Shown here: positions 9,114-19,369 of the stretch, piece after piece | Numbering within the stretch: position 1 is the stretch's first letter | Layout: the number at the start of each line of letters is the position of its first letter | Source of the DNA: an uncultured Verrucomicrobiae bacterium | GTDB lineage: Bacteria; Verrucomicrobiota; Verrucomicrobiia; Limisphaerales; Palsa-1400 | DNA: 64,000 nt | Direction of reading: 5' to 3' | Assembly (NCBI GenBank): GCA_963702845.1 | Contig: OY969763.1 | Span: 768,001 to 832,000, forward strand | Notes under the pieces: model-generated | What the model saw: the letters and a program-made list of their open reading frames with translations, nothing else | What the model was told of the DNA's origin: nothing | Databases searched by the model: none | Program-made: the position numbers and the translations under genes

Positions 9114-11033
9114 TTACGGCAACGTAAACGTTCCCGAGGCAGTGCCGGTTCCACCAGCGGTGATCGTCGCGATAAACGTGCCACTTTGATTATCGGTGAA
9201 GTGCAGCAGCATGCGCATAACCGTCGTCTTGTTTTGGAGTGATCCGCCGATGATATTCAGTTCAGCAATGTTCGCCGAGAACGACGAATAGCTCGAGTAG
9301 TTATAGCTGGCGATGCCGAAGCTGTTGATGTCCGTCGTAACGGTCGTGTTGCCGATATTGATTGTGATGGTCCCGAGGTTGGCGAACACACCAGATTTCT
9401 TCTGGAGGTTCAACGTCAACACGCCGGTATTGATGTTGCCGGGGGCGTTCACGAAGAGATTGGTTCCGGCTGTCAGATCCTCGGCCATGTAGAATGAGCC
9501 GCTCACTCCAGAGTCGAGGAAGAATCCGCCGGACCAGTTTGTTTTCTGCAGGATAACTCCCTGCACCGTATCCTGTTGATGCGTGACTGGTCTTATCAAT
9601 GTACCGCGAAGCGTGCCTGATGACCCGACTTTGAACGTGAAGTCGTTGAAGTCAACGTTGATGGTATTGTTCGACGACCATGTGAGACCGCTGCTCACGG
9701 GGAGCGGCAGATTGTCTCCTGTAAACGTGGCGAACCCATCCGTCCACGCCATAATGGAGACGCCGGTCGGCGGTTGAATAAACAGCGAGCCGACGACGGG
9801 AGTGCGTAGCGAAAATTCGTTGCTATAAGCGCCGTGGGTCGATTGTGGATGAAACCAGTTGGCATTACCATTGAGGCTGCTTTGCGGAATATTGGTGATG
9901 TTGATCCAGCCGGTGAACGAGCCCTTGTTGCCGCTGAGAGAAACGAACATCGGCCACCAACCGGCTTTCGAAATGGTCGTCGATTGGCTGATAGGCGTGT
10001 TATCTGCGAGTGTGCCGGTCATGCGCAAGTTGCCCCCGGCGTCCACCGCGATGGTCGCGACACCTTGACCCTCTACAACGGCATTCGAAGACACGATCAT
10101 GGTATAATTGCCGGCGAACGGGCAGAGGTTCGTTTGCGAGTTGAACACATTGCGGTCACCCACGAGGGTTGCCGTGATCGGCGAGTTGATGTCGCCGGTG
10201 ACCTGGTCAGAAACGCCGGACAGATCGAGTTGTAACGTGCCGGTATAAGTGTTGCCGCCAGCGCGCGCGGTGAAGTTGGCTTGGCCGTTATTATCGATTT
10301 TGCCGGTGGCCGTGGCGTGAGTTCCACCAACAGTGAACGTGAGAACGTAAGTGTTGGGGTTATTGACCATCAACGTAAAAGCCCCGGAGCTATCGCGTTC
10401 GATATTGTTTAAATTCATGATCAGCCCGTTATACGTGCCACGGACAAAGTGCAGTGGATTCGGGGCGAAGTTCGCAGTGAGTTGGGCGTTGTCGGTCATG
10501 GTGAACGTCAAGTTCGCGTTCGTGGAATTCGTCGCGCCGGTCCAGCCGGTGAACGTCCAGTCGCTCGCGGGAATGGCCTGCATGTGTAACGTCCCGCCGT
10601 CGAGTTGAGTGGTGCCGTTCAGGTTTGGATTGACGCGGCCGTTGCCATTTGTCGTCACGGTCAAGGTGCTAAACACCTGGAGGGTGACATGGCGCGTTAC
10701 GGTCGCCGATTGCACATTACCGACGGTGGTGCTTTGGGCGGTGATGATGTTATCGCCGGGCGAGAGCGCCACGTTGGCTTGCCAGGCGATCGTGCCGTTG
10801 GCCGTTTGCGAATTGCCATTCACAAACACAGTGACGGACGCAATTGGATCATTCGTATCGGTCGACCTTGCCGTGCCTGTCACATTGACATCGGCATTCG
10901 TCGTGCGCAGGTTGTTATTGGGCGATGTAATCGCCACCGTTGGCGTCGCGCCGCGCGCGGCGCTCGTGATTAGTAATAAACCGATGGCGCAAGCAACGAT
11001 TGCCGCGCGGGATGATTGTAGCCAGTTCGTCAT
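9114..11033 (-). CDS. Secreted surface protein: Ig-like domain, InlB-B-repeat-like domain, conserved beta-rich C-terminal region
   Basis: GGAGG RBS before ATG 11033; signal peptide; PTVAITSP...VTGTA; LTVTTNGNGRV...AIPASDWTFTGW...LTANF. Confidence 0.75.
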   Translation of the reverse strand: MTNWLQSSRAAIVACAIGLLLITSAARGATPTVAITSPNNNLRTTNADVNVTGTARSTDTNDPIASVTVFVNGNSQTANGTIAWQANVALSPGDNIITAQSTTVGNVQSATVTRHVTLQVFSTLTVTTNGNGRVNPNLNGTTQLDGGTLHMQAIPASDWTFTGWTGATNSTNANLTFTMTDNAQLTANFAPNPLHFVRGTYNGLIMNLNNIERDSSGAFTLMVNNPNTYVLTFTVGGTHATATGKIDNNGQANFTARAGGNTYTGTLQLDLSGVSDQVTGDINSPITATLVGDRNVFNSQTNLCPFAGNYTMIVSSNAVVEGQGVATIAVDAGGNLRMTGTLADNTPISQSTTISKAGWWPMFVSLSGNKGSFTGWINITNIPQSSLNGNANWFHPQSTHGAYSNEFSLRTPVVGSLFIQPPTGVSIMAWTDGFATFTGDNLPLPVSSGLTWSSNNTINVDFNDFTFKVGSSGTLRGTLIRPVTHQQDTVQGVILQKTNWSGGFFLDSGVSGSFYMAEDLTAGTNLFVNAPGNINTGVLTLNLQKKSGVFANLGTITINIGNTTVTTDINSFGIASYNYSSYSSFSANIAELNIIGGSLQNKTTVMRMLLHFTDNQSGTFIATITAGGTGTASGTFTLP

Positions 11034-11189
11034 AGTTACCTCCGGGTGGAACGGGCCCCGTGCGTTTTGTCGCACGTTGTCGTAGGTCAGTTCCTTGCAA
11101 TTCATACAGAATTCCGTTGGTGCTGTTTTATCTGTTTGACTGGTTTGCGCCAATCGGGGCATGGAGCAATTTATAGCTGCAACAAGGCC

Positions 11190-11945
11190 TTAGCGGCAGT
11201 AAAGGAAAACACCAGTAGCGGCAGAGCAGGGGAGTTCAGAATCTACAGATAATGCGCTGTGCGACCATCGCCAGGTGCGCACGTTTAAAGGAGATCCGCT
11301 GACCGCAAGTGAAGCAGCGTATCCAAGCGCGGGCGATAGGCGAGTAATCGTAATATCATCGACGGGCAGCGGATATTCTTCGGTGATGCCCTGGCCGGTG
11401 CATTTGGAAATCGATTCCTTTTCTGTCCAGCATTTATAGAAAACCTGAACGCGATCTACGGGTGGTGTGGAAAGAAATTCAGCTCTCGCCCGATCAGCAA
11501 AAAATCTATGAGCGATCTCCGTCATCTCTGGCAGTTCGGACATGAGTTCAACATCAACGCCAATTTCGCGTCCCACCGAAACCGCGATCAAGGCGAGATC
11601 CCCCGAGTGCGAGATGTTGAAGTTAATATCGTGCGATGCGTTCGTCAGGAAAGGTTTGCCGGCATGTCCATAGGCGAATTGAACAGCGCCGGGATCGGTG
11701 TCGAGATAATCGGCCAAAATGTGCCGTAGCGAGCCGCGACCCGCGATAAACCGGTTTTGTTCGGAAATCAAAGGTGAACGTTCGCAGCGCAGAAGTTCAT
11801 CCGTCGAAAGGACGTTGCGCATCGCGTCTAACGTGAGTGGGTTAATTGAGAGTGAAGCGGACCACACGTGAACTTCGTTGGCGGACAGCGAAGGCTGCGT
11901 GCCCGGTGGAATCCACAGATGTTGAATTTCGCTATGCGACTGCAT
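11190..11945 (-). CDS. Sfp-type 4'-phosphopantetheinyl transferase
   Basis: GKPFL, FNISHSGD, IGVDVE, WTEKES; immediately downstream of the NRPS. Confidence 0.92.
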   Translation of the reverse strand: MQSHSEIQHLWIPPGTQPSLSANEVHVWSASLSINPLTLDAMRNVLSTDELLRCERSPLISEQNRFIAGRGSLRHILADYLDTDPGAVQFAYGHAGKPFLTNASHDINFNISHSGDLALIAVSVGREIGVDVELMSELPEMTEIAHRFFADRARAEFLSTPPVDRVQVFYKCWTEKESISKCTGQGITEEYPLPVDDITITRLSPALGYAASLAVSGSPLNVRTWRWSHSALSVDSELPCSAATGVFLYCR

Positions 11946-14136
11946 GCGCGCGTAGATTCCGTGGCGGGACCTGTTCGAGGCACTTGCTCAATTTGTTCGC
12001 GAGCTCATGGACGTATGGCGGTTCGAGGATTTGTTCGTGCGTGCCGGGAACGATTTGCACATCGACGCCGTTGCTCGCAAACATCTGCCAGATCACTTCC
12101 GGGTTCCATTTGAACACAGCTTGTTGGCGGACGCGGAACAGCGTCAGTTTTCCCTGGTATGGCTGCGGGACATAATGGAGCAGCGCCTCAAAATGGATTT
12201 GTGCGAAGTGACGATAGTCTTTCGGATACGCGGACATGTCGACGAGCTCATCCAACAATTTCGCAGATGTCGTCGGTGTGATGTCCGCCTTACGCCGGCT
12301 CGTGATGAATCGCCGGTGCAATGCAGAGACTTTTCGGCGAAAACGCTGCAAAAGATCCTTGGGCGCTCCAAGTAATTCGGCGCTCAACACGGGAAGTGAT
12401 TGTAGCAATTGCGTCGCGAAGGCTGCGCTGACCCGATTCGGCTGGCCAGCCACACCGTGCAATCCGGATTCAAGAAGGACGACCATGCCGACGTCGCCGC
12501 CTTGTTGTTTCAGTTGGCGCGCGACTTCAAATGCCACCACGCCACCGAAGCAATAACCGCCGAGGATATAAGGGCCCTCGGGCTGCACGGTTTTCATCGC
12601 CTGGATGTAGTGCTCCGCCATCAGCTCGATGCGATTGAACGGTTCGGCCGGCGCGGCGATTCCATAGGACGGCTGGTCGGGGCCGAGCAATTCTGCCAGC
12701 GCGCGATACGTGAATAATCCGCCACCACCGCCACCGCCCAGATTGTGCAGCCAGAAAATTGGAGGCTTTGTTCCAGTTGGTTTGATTTCGACAATGCTGG
12801 TCGACGGCGTGCGCCAGGTATTTTGACGAATGACCTTCGCCAATTCCTCGACTGTCGGCGCTTGAAAGAGCAGGGGCAGTGGAATTTTTTTGCCGAGCTT
12901 CTTTTCGATTTGCGCGAACAGCCGCACCGCGAGCAGCGAATGGCCGCCCATTTCAAAGAAGTTATCGCGAACCCCGACGCGTTTTGTCCCGAGGACTTCC
13001 TGAAAAACCTGCAGCAAGTCGCGTTCAAGATCGGATTGCGCCGTGACAACGACCGAGTCCTGTCGATCGAGGTCCATCGGCACTGGTAATGACGGACGAT
13101 CAATTTTGCCGTTTGCATTCAATGGCATCGACGGCAGCGGCACTAGTTGCGATGGCACCATGTAATCCGGCAAATTCTGTTTGAGATAGCGGCGCAATTC
13201 GTCGGCCGGGATTGTTCCACTTTTGCTGACGTAATATCCGACCAATCGCTTGTCCCCGGGCTGAGGCTGGCGGACAATTACAGCGGCTTCGCGCACCAGC
13301 GGATGACGGCAAAGGACCGTTTCAATTTCTCCAAGTTCGATTCGAAACCCTCGCAGTTTTATTTGGAAATCGGCGCGCCCGAGGAACTCGATATTTCCAT
13401 CCGGCAAAAAGCGAACGAGGTCGCCGGTCTTGTAGAGACGCGAAGACGGATCGTTGCTGAATGGATTGAGGATGAACCGTTGCGCCGTCAGTTCAGGAGA
13501 GTTGAGATAACCCCGAGCCAATCCGGGACCGCCGATATAAAGTTCGCCAGCAACGCCCACCGACACCGGTTGCATTGTTTGGTCGAGAACGTAAAGTTGC
13601 GTATTCGCAATCGGGCGGCCGATCGGCACGGATTTACCGTCGACAACTTTTTTGACTTCGTACCATGCCGCGAAAGTGGTTGTCTCCGTCGGCCCATACC
13701 CGTTGAGCAAACGTTTCGGGGGGCCGTGCTGCAGCACTTCGGTGATCCATTTTGGTTCGAGCGCATCGCCGCCAACCATCAGATCGCGCATGGTTGCGAA
13801 TGCGTCTGGAACTTCGGATGCGATTTGATTAAACAACGCAACCGTCAAAAACATCGTCGTGATTTCGCGTCTGCGTAGTTCACGGGCGAAGTCCTGCGGT
13901 GAGAGAACAATTTCTTTTGGAATATTGATGAGTTTTCCGCCATTGAGCAGTGCGCCCCAGATTTCAAATGTGGCAGCGTCAAACGCGACGTTTGAGACGT
14001 GTCCCATGCGCAAGGTTTCGTCGAACGGAACAAAATCCGCATTCACCACCAGCCGATTAATCGCGCGATGCGGAACGATGACACCTTTTGGCATTCCGGT
14101 TGAACCCGATGTGAACATCACGTAAGCGGGACTCAT
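11932..14136 (-). CDS. NRPS fragment: A-T-TE of module 2
   Basis: FTSGSTGMPKG, NGYGPTE, YKTGDL, FFEMGGHSLLA, GPYILGGYCFGG, PGTHEQIL. Confidence 0.85.
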   Translation of the reverse strand: MSPAYVMFTSGSTGMPKGVIVPHRAINRLVVNADFVPFDETLRMGHVSNVAFDAATFEIWGALLNGGKLINIPKEIVLSPQDFARELRRREITTMFLTVALFNQIASEVPDAFATMRDLMVGGDALEPKWITEVLQHGPPKRLLNGYGPTETTTFAAWYEVKKVVDGKSVPIGRPIANTQLYVLDQTMQPVSVGVAGELYIGGPGLARGYLNSPELTAQRFILNPFSNDPSSRLYKTGDLVRFLPDGNIEFLGRADFQIKLRGFRIELGEIETVLCRHPLVREAAVIVRQPQPGDKRLVGYYVSKSGTIPADELRRYLKQNLPDYMVPSQLVPLPSMPLNANGKIDRPSLPVPMDLDRQDSVVVTAQSDLERDLLQVFQEVLGTKRVGVRDNFFEMGGHSLLAVRLFAQIEKKLGKKIPLPLLFQAPTVEELAKVIRQNTWRTPSTSIVEIKPTGTKPPIFWLHNLGGGGGGGLFTYRALAELLGPDQPSYGIAAPAEPFNRIELMAEHYIQAMKTVQPEGPYILGGYCFGGVVAFEVARQLKQQGGDVGMVVLLESGLHGVAGQPNRVSAAFATQLLQSLPVLSAELLGAPKDLLQRFRRKVSALHRRFITSRRKADITPTTSAKLLDELVDMSAYPKDYRHFAQIHFEALLHYVPQPYQGKLTLFRVRQQAVFKWNPEVIWQMFASNGVDVQIVPGTHEQILEPPYVHELANKLSKCLEQVPPRNLRAHAVA

Positions 14137-15754
14137 CGCCGCTCACTTTCGTTGAAAACGGACTGGCGCTTTCCTGGGCGATCGCTTGAAGTTCCCGTTC
14201 GAATTCGATGACTTTCGAACCCAAATCCAGTGAGGCGAACGCAAACGCGTCGCGACTGCGCGTGATGAACACCGGCGTATCGATGTCTGCCAGCATCAGG
14301 CGCAATCGTTCGGCGGGTGTTGTCGGTTCCAGGGGGACGTAAGCGGCTCCTGCTTTCAGGATCGCCAGCGTTCCGATGATCATCTCGAGCGAGCGCTCCA
14401 TGCAAATTGGCACCAATGCACCTCGCGTGACACCGCGTTTGAGCAAGTAACTGGCGAACTGATTCGAGCGATGATCCAATTCGCGATACGTCAATTCCGT
14501 TTGCCCGAAAACGACTGCTATGTTTTCCGGCGTTTTTGCCACTTGTTCGAGAAATACTTCGTGAACGCCTTTGTCGGCAGGGAAGGGCCGATCCGTTGCG
14601 TTCCACTCGACGAGGATCTGGCGGCGATCTGCTTCGCTGACCAACGGCAACGAAGCGATTTTCTGATGCGGCTGATCTGCAATTGCTTTCAGCAGATTTT
14701 GAAAACTGCGCAGCAACCGTTCAATCGTGGCCTTCTCGTAAAGGTCAGCGTTGTATTCCACTGCCGCGGCGAAACCGGATGGGCTCTTTTTGATGACGAA
14801 CGTTAGATCAAATTTTGCGGTGGTGCTGGGCAGTTCGACAATTTCCCCGGTGACGTTGCCGATGCGGAAATTTTCCCACTCCGAATTCTGCAACGCGAAC
14901 ATTATGCGCACGAGCGCGGATTGAGTGGAACTGCGATCTGGTTGAAACATTTCGACCAGGCGCTCGAACGGAAGGTCCTGATTTGCGTAAGCGCCCAGAG
15001 CGACTTCGCGGACGCGCTGGAGAATTTCCCAGAACGTCGGCTCGCCCGCGAAGTTGGTTCGCAACACAAGCGTGTTTACAAAAAAGCCAATTAGCTCTTC
15101 GGTTTCCGCGCGATTACGCCCCGCGATTGGTGAACCGATGACAATGTCGTTTTGCCCGGTATATTTCGCGAGCAACGTTTGAAACGCCGCAAGCATCAGG
15201 ATGAACGGCGTCATACCTTCGCGTTTGCCGCGCGAAATGATCGCTTCGCAGGCATCCGTCGGCAGATCAGCGCGTGCATAACCGCCGCGTGAGGTCTGCG
15301 CTGCCGCACGACGGTAATCGCCGGGCAATTCCGTCATTTCAATTTTCCCGCCGAGTTGCGTTTTCCAATACGACAACTGATCTTCGAGCAGTTTTCCTTG
15401 CAGATAAGTTTTCTGCCACGTGGAGAAATCCGGGTATTGCATCGGCAACGGCGCAAGCTCGGCCGGCGTGCCGTTCACGTGCCCGCGGTAAAGAACGTCG
15501 AGCTCCTTGAGCAGCACATTGACCGACCATTCATCTGACGCGATGTGATGCATCACCAACAATAGCACGTGTTCTTCTGGCGCAAGTTGAACGAGCGTCG
15601 CGCGAATCATCAGGTCTGCCGCGAGATCAAAAGGCCGATTCCCATGTTCCAGCAGGAGCGATTGCAACGTCCTTTTCGACGCTGGAAACAACTTCCATCT
15701 TAACCGTCCGCGCGCCATCGACGACCTGCACCGGTTCGCCGCTCTCGGCAACAA
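14057..15754 (-). CDS. NRPS fragment: C domain and start of A domain of module 2
   Basis: RPFDL, MHHIASDEWS, LIGFFVNTL, LTYRELD, AILKAGAAYVPL. Confidence 0.75.
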   Translation of the reverse strand: MLPRAANRCRSSMARGRLRWKLFPASKRTLQSLLLEHGNRPFDLAADLMIRATLVQLAPEEHVLLLVMHHIASDEWSVNVLLKELDVLYRGHVNGTPAELAPLPMQYPDFSTWQKTYLQGKLLEDQLSYWKTQLGGKIEMTELPGDYRRAAAQTSRGGYARADLPTDACEAIISRGKREGMTPFILMLAAFQTLLAKYTGQNDIVIGSPIAGRNRAETEELIGFFVNTLVLRTNFAGEPTFWEILQRVREVALGAYANQDLPFERLVEMFQPDRSSTQSALVRIMFALQNSEWENFRIGNVTGEIVELPSTTAKFDLTFVIKKSPSGFAAAVEYNADLYEKATIERLLRSFQNLLKAIADQPHQKIASLPLVSEADRRQILVEWNATDRPFPADKGVHEVFLEQVAKTPENIAVVFGQTELTYRELDHRSNQFASYLLKRGVTRGALVPICMERSLEMIIGTLAILKAGAAYVPLEPTTPAERLRLMLADIDTPVFITRSRDAFAFASLDLGSKVIEFERELQAIAQESASPFSTKVSGDESRLRDVHIGFNRNAKRCHRSASRD

Positions 15755-18700
15755 ATCGCGTCCGCAGCGCTTCGTGTCGAGCGACGATGTCGTTTAAACT
15801 CTCGTGCAACGCCGGCACGTCGAGCGCTCCTCGCAAGCGCAATGCGAGCGGGATATTGTAAACGGACGATTTCATGTCCAGTTGCTGGATAAACCAAAGT
15901 CGTTGTTGCGGGAACGACAACGGCGCGGCTTTTGCCGTTGTCATCGGGCGCGATTGAATTTGGGTTGCGCCCGTCTCCGAGTTGTTTCGCCACGCCTGCA
16001 ACCGTCGGGGCTTCGAAAATCACGCGCAACGGGAGCTCAACCGAAAACGTTTTAGAAATGCGCGACATAATCTGCGTCGCGAGAAGCGAATGTCCACCGA
16101 GCTCGAAGAAATTTTCGGTCACACCAATTCGCTCCCGGCCCATGACGTCGCACCAGATTTTTGCGACCTTCTCTTCAACGTCGTTGCGTGGCGCGATAAA
16201 TTCAGCTGCTTGCGCTTGCGGCGCGGGAAGTTTCGCCCGATCAATTTTGCCATTGGTCGTCAGCGGCATTTCCGGCACGCGCACGAAGTAGCCTGGAACC
16301 ATGAACGGCGGCAATTTGTCAGCGACAAACTGCTGCAGTTCTTCAGTCGAACGCGCCTCGTCGGAAACGTAATAGGCCACAAGCGCCTTGCCGCCGGGCA
16401 TGTCAGAACGAGCGAGCACGACCGTGGCACTGATGTTCGGATGTTGTGCGAGCCGTCCTTCGATTTCACCGAGTTCGATGCGGAACCCGCGGATTTTTAC
16501 CTGATGATCCGCGCGGCCAACAAATTCCAACGTTCCATCGGACAAGTATCGAACAAGATCACCCGTGCGATAAAGCCGCCCTTGGCCAAACGGATTCGCG
16601 ACAAACTTCGCCCCAGTCGTTTCCGGTGCGTTCAAGTAACCACGCGCCAAACCATCGCCGCCCGTAAAAAGGTCGCCGACGGCTCCCTGTGGCACCGGTT
16701 GCATATGGCGATCGAGAACGTAAGCCGTGGTGTTGCTGACAGGCTTCCCGATCGGCACCGGCCGTTTTCCATCCCAGTCCTGCGGAATCAAATGGCACGC
16801 TGTGAACGTGGTATTTTCCGTCGGCCCATAGCCATTGATCAGTTTCGTTTTCGGTAATTGCTTCAGCGCCGTGAGCACATGCGAAACGGACAAAACATCG
16901 CCACCAGCCAGCAACTGACGGACACCTTTCAGAGAATCAATCTGATGCTCGACCATCTGATGGAACAGACCAGACGTGAGCCACAGTGTGGTAACGCCAG
17001 TTTGTTTGATGACCTTGGCCAAATCCTCAAGACTCGCTGCTTGCGGCGGGAAAATCACCAGCTTGCCGCCGTTCAGCAACGGTCCCCAAATCTCAAGAGT
17101 CGACGCATCAAAAGAAATCGGGGCAAATGCAAGGAACACGTCGTTCTCAGTCAGCGAAGCAAAATTCGTATTCTTCACCAATCGCACCACCGCCCGATGC
17201 GGCACCGCAACGCCTTTCGGTTCACCCGTTGAACCGGACGTGTACAACACGTACGCCAGACTTTCCGCAGTCGCTCTCGTATCCGATTTTGGATTTCCAA
17301 CCGCCGCCGTCGGATGCTCGTCTTCGAAACAGATAATCGGTGCGTTTGCCTCAATCTGGCGCACCTTCTCCAATAACTTCTTCTGTGTCAGTATCACGCG
17401 CGGTTTTGCATCGGCCACCATCTGAGCCACGCGCTCCTTCGGAAAATCCATATCCAACGGCACGTAAGCCCCACCAGCCTTGAGAATGGCGAGCACTCCA
17501 ATAATCAAATCCGGCGAACGCCCTGCGGAAATTCCAACCAACGAATCGGCGGTCACGCCGCAAGCGCGCAGATGATTCGCAATCGCGTTGGCGCGCTCGT
17601 TCAGTTCGCGATACGAAATGGTTTTCTCACCCGACACCAACGCCACCGCATCCGGGACGCGCCGAACCTGCTCTTCGAAAAGCTGATCAATCGTCGCGTC
17701 GCGAGGGTAATCGGTTTGCGTGCGATTTCGCTCAACCAGCAAATGGTGTCGCTCTTGCTCAGTCAAAATCGCCAGCTTCGAAACCTGCTCGTCAGGATTC
17801 GCCACGATACTTTCCAGTAACGTTTTGAAATGGCCGAGAATCCGTTCCGCATCGGCGCCATCGAAAATGTCCGTGTTAAACTCGAGATCACCGCAATAAC
17901 CCTCGTCGTTATCGGCGAGCGTCAGGATCAAATCGAATTTGGCCGTACCCGTTTCAAACGGCAGCGATTCCGCACGAATGTCCGCCAGCCGCAAAGGCGT
18001 GAGCGGCGTCGCCTGAAATTGAAACATCACCTGAAACAGCGGATGCAACGCGCCCTCGCGTTTCACACGCAAGGCGTGCGCAACCATGTCTAGTGGCACT
18101 TCCTGATTATTGAGCGCGCCCAGCACCGATTCTTTCGCTCGCGCCACCACCTGTCGAAAGGTTGGCTCGCCCGAGAAATCTGTCTTCAACGCAACGGAAT
18201 TTACAAAATAACCAATCAGCCGTTCCGTTTCCTGTCGAGTCCGACCGCCAATAGGCGCGCCGACGATGACGTTTTCTTGTCCCGAACATCGATGAAGCAA
18301 CGTCTGGAACGCAGCCGTCAGGAATGTAAACACAGTCACATTTTCAGCCTGGCTCAGTTTGCGAATCGATTCGCACAAAGTCGCTGGCAACCGCACTGGC
18401 ACACGCGCGCCGTTACCGGTCGGGACCGCCGGACGCGACCGACTACCGGGCAGTTCCAAAATCGGCAATTCACCCGCAAGCTGCTCCTTCCACCACGCGA
18501 GTTGCTGGTCGAGCGATCCATCGACCCGCTCGCGCTGCGTCACCGCATAATCCGCATACTGCGCCGGCAGCGCTGGAAGTTGCGGTTCACTCCCAGCTGC
18601 GAACGCCTTGTAAAACTCCTCAAGCTCACGATACAGCAGGAAAAACGACCAATGATCCGCCGCGATGTGATGCATCGTTATGAGCAACACATGCTCCTGC

Positions 18701-19191
18701 GCGCCGGCGCGGATTAATTTCGCGCGCATCATTAAATCTGTTCCCAGATCGAACGGCTTCCGCGCTTCCTGGCTGATCAACGTGCGAATGATTGCCTCGC
18801 GCTGTTGCGTTGGCAAAACCGACACGTCCTCCACCGGCACGTCCAACTGCGCCGACGGGCGAATATATTGCATCGGCTTACCGTCCGTGGCGGTGAAGCG
18901 CGTGCGCAAAATATCATGGCGATCAATCACCGCTTGCAAACTCCGTTGCAACGCGCCGACGTTAAGAGAACCCGCGAGTTTGAGCGCACTCGGGATGTTG
19001 TAAGCGGCGCTATTTGGCTGCAGTTGTTCCACAAACCAGAGGCTCTGCTGCGAGTAAGACAGCGGCGCGGATTCGCGACGGCTCGGCGTCGCGGCTGCGT
19101 TCTGTCTGGTCGCCAATGTTTGTAGTAACCGCTGTTCCAACAACGCCCGGCTCTCTGGACTCAGCAGGGAAATGTCGTTCTGCTCGGTCAT
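15700..19191 (-). CDS. NRPS module 1 (C-A-T) fragment
   Basis: PLSYSQQSLWF, MHHIAADHWS, YTSGSTGEPKG, NGYGPTE, YRTGDL, FFELGGHSLLA. Confidence 0.85.
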   Translation of the reverse strand: MTEQNDISLLSPESRALLEQRLLQTLATRQNAAATPSRRESAPLSYSQQSLWFVEQLQPNSAAYNIPSALKLAGSLNVGALQRSLQAVIDRHDILRTRFTATDGKPMQYIRPSAQLDVPVEDVSVLPTQQREAIIRTLISQEARKPFDLGTDLMMRAKLIRAGAQEHVLLITMHHIAADHWSFFLLYRELEEFYKAFAAGSEPQLPALPAQYADYAVTQRERVDGSLDQQLAWWKEQLAGELPILELPGSRSRPAVPTGNGARVPVRLPATLCESIRKLSQAENVTVFTFLTAAFQTLLHRCSGQENVIVGAPIGGRTRQETERLIGYFVNSVALKTDFSGEPTFRQVVARAKESVLGALNNQEVPLDMVAHALRVKREGALHPLFQVMFQFQATPLTPLRLADIRAESLPFETGTAKFDLILTLADNDEGYCGDLEFNTDIFDGADAERILGHFKTLLESIVANPDEQVSKLAILTEQERHHLLVERNRTQTDYPRDATIDQLFEEQVRRVPDAVALVSGEKTISYRELNERANAIANHLRACGVTADSLVGISAGRSPDLIIGVLAILKAGGAYVPLDMDFPKERVAQMVADAKPRVILTQKKLLEKVRQIEANAPIICFEDEHPTAAVGNPKSDTRATAESLAYVLYTSGSTGEPKGVAVPHRAVVRLVKNTNFASLTENDVFLAFAPISFDASTLEIWGPLLNGGKLVIFPPQAASLEDLAKVIKQTGVTTLWLTSGLFHQMVEHQIDSLKGVRQLLAGGDVLSVSHVLTALKQLPKTKLINGYGPTENTTFTACHLIPQDWDGKRPVPIGKPVSNTTAYVLDRHMQPVPQGAVGDLFTGGDGLARGYLNAPETTGAKFVANPFGQGRLYRTGDLVRYLSDGTLEFVGRADHQVKIRGFRIELGEIEGRLAQHPNISATVVLARSDMPGGKALVAYYVSDEARSTEELQQFVADKLPPFMVPGYFVRVPEMPLTTNGKIDRAKLPAPQAQAAEFIAPRNDVEEKVAKIWCDVMGRERIGVTENFFELGGHSLLATQIMSRISKTFSVELPLRVIFEAPTVAGVAKQLGDGRNPNSIAPDDNGKSRAVVVPATTTLVYPATGHEIVRLQYPARIALARSARRAGVAREFKRHRRSTRSAADAICCRERRTGAGRRWRADG

Positions 19192-19369
19192 CCACTTAGC
19201 ATAGCGACCTCAATTCTGCTTTTAATCAGGGTAGATACGCTCGATGCCTCAGCAGAACTGCCGAAAAAACCTCAACAAAACGCTGACAAACGCAGTCAAT
19301 TAAACTTGATGATTGGCACGACTATGGTTTTATTCGCCACGCAGTTTTTCCTGATCCAAACGCACAACC

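Larger units (their letters stand above)
11932..19191 (-). pseudogene. Two-module NRPS (C-A-T-C-A-T-TE) broken by three frameshifts (real or consensus errors)
   Basis: Domains continue across frames near 15980, 15680 and 14135; HHIAAD and HHIASD; two SGSTG A3 motifs; two GGHSL T domains; GYCFGG TE. Confidence 0.7.
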
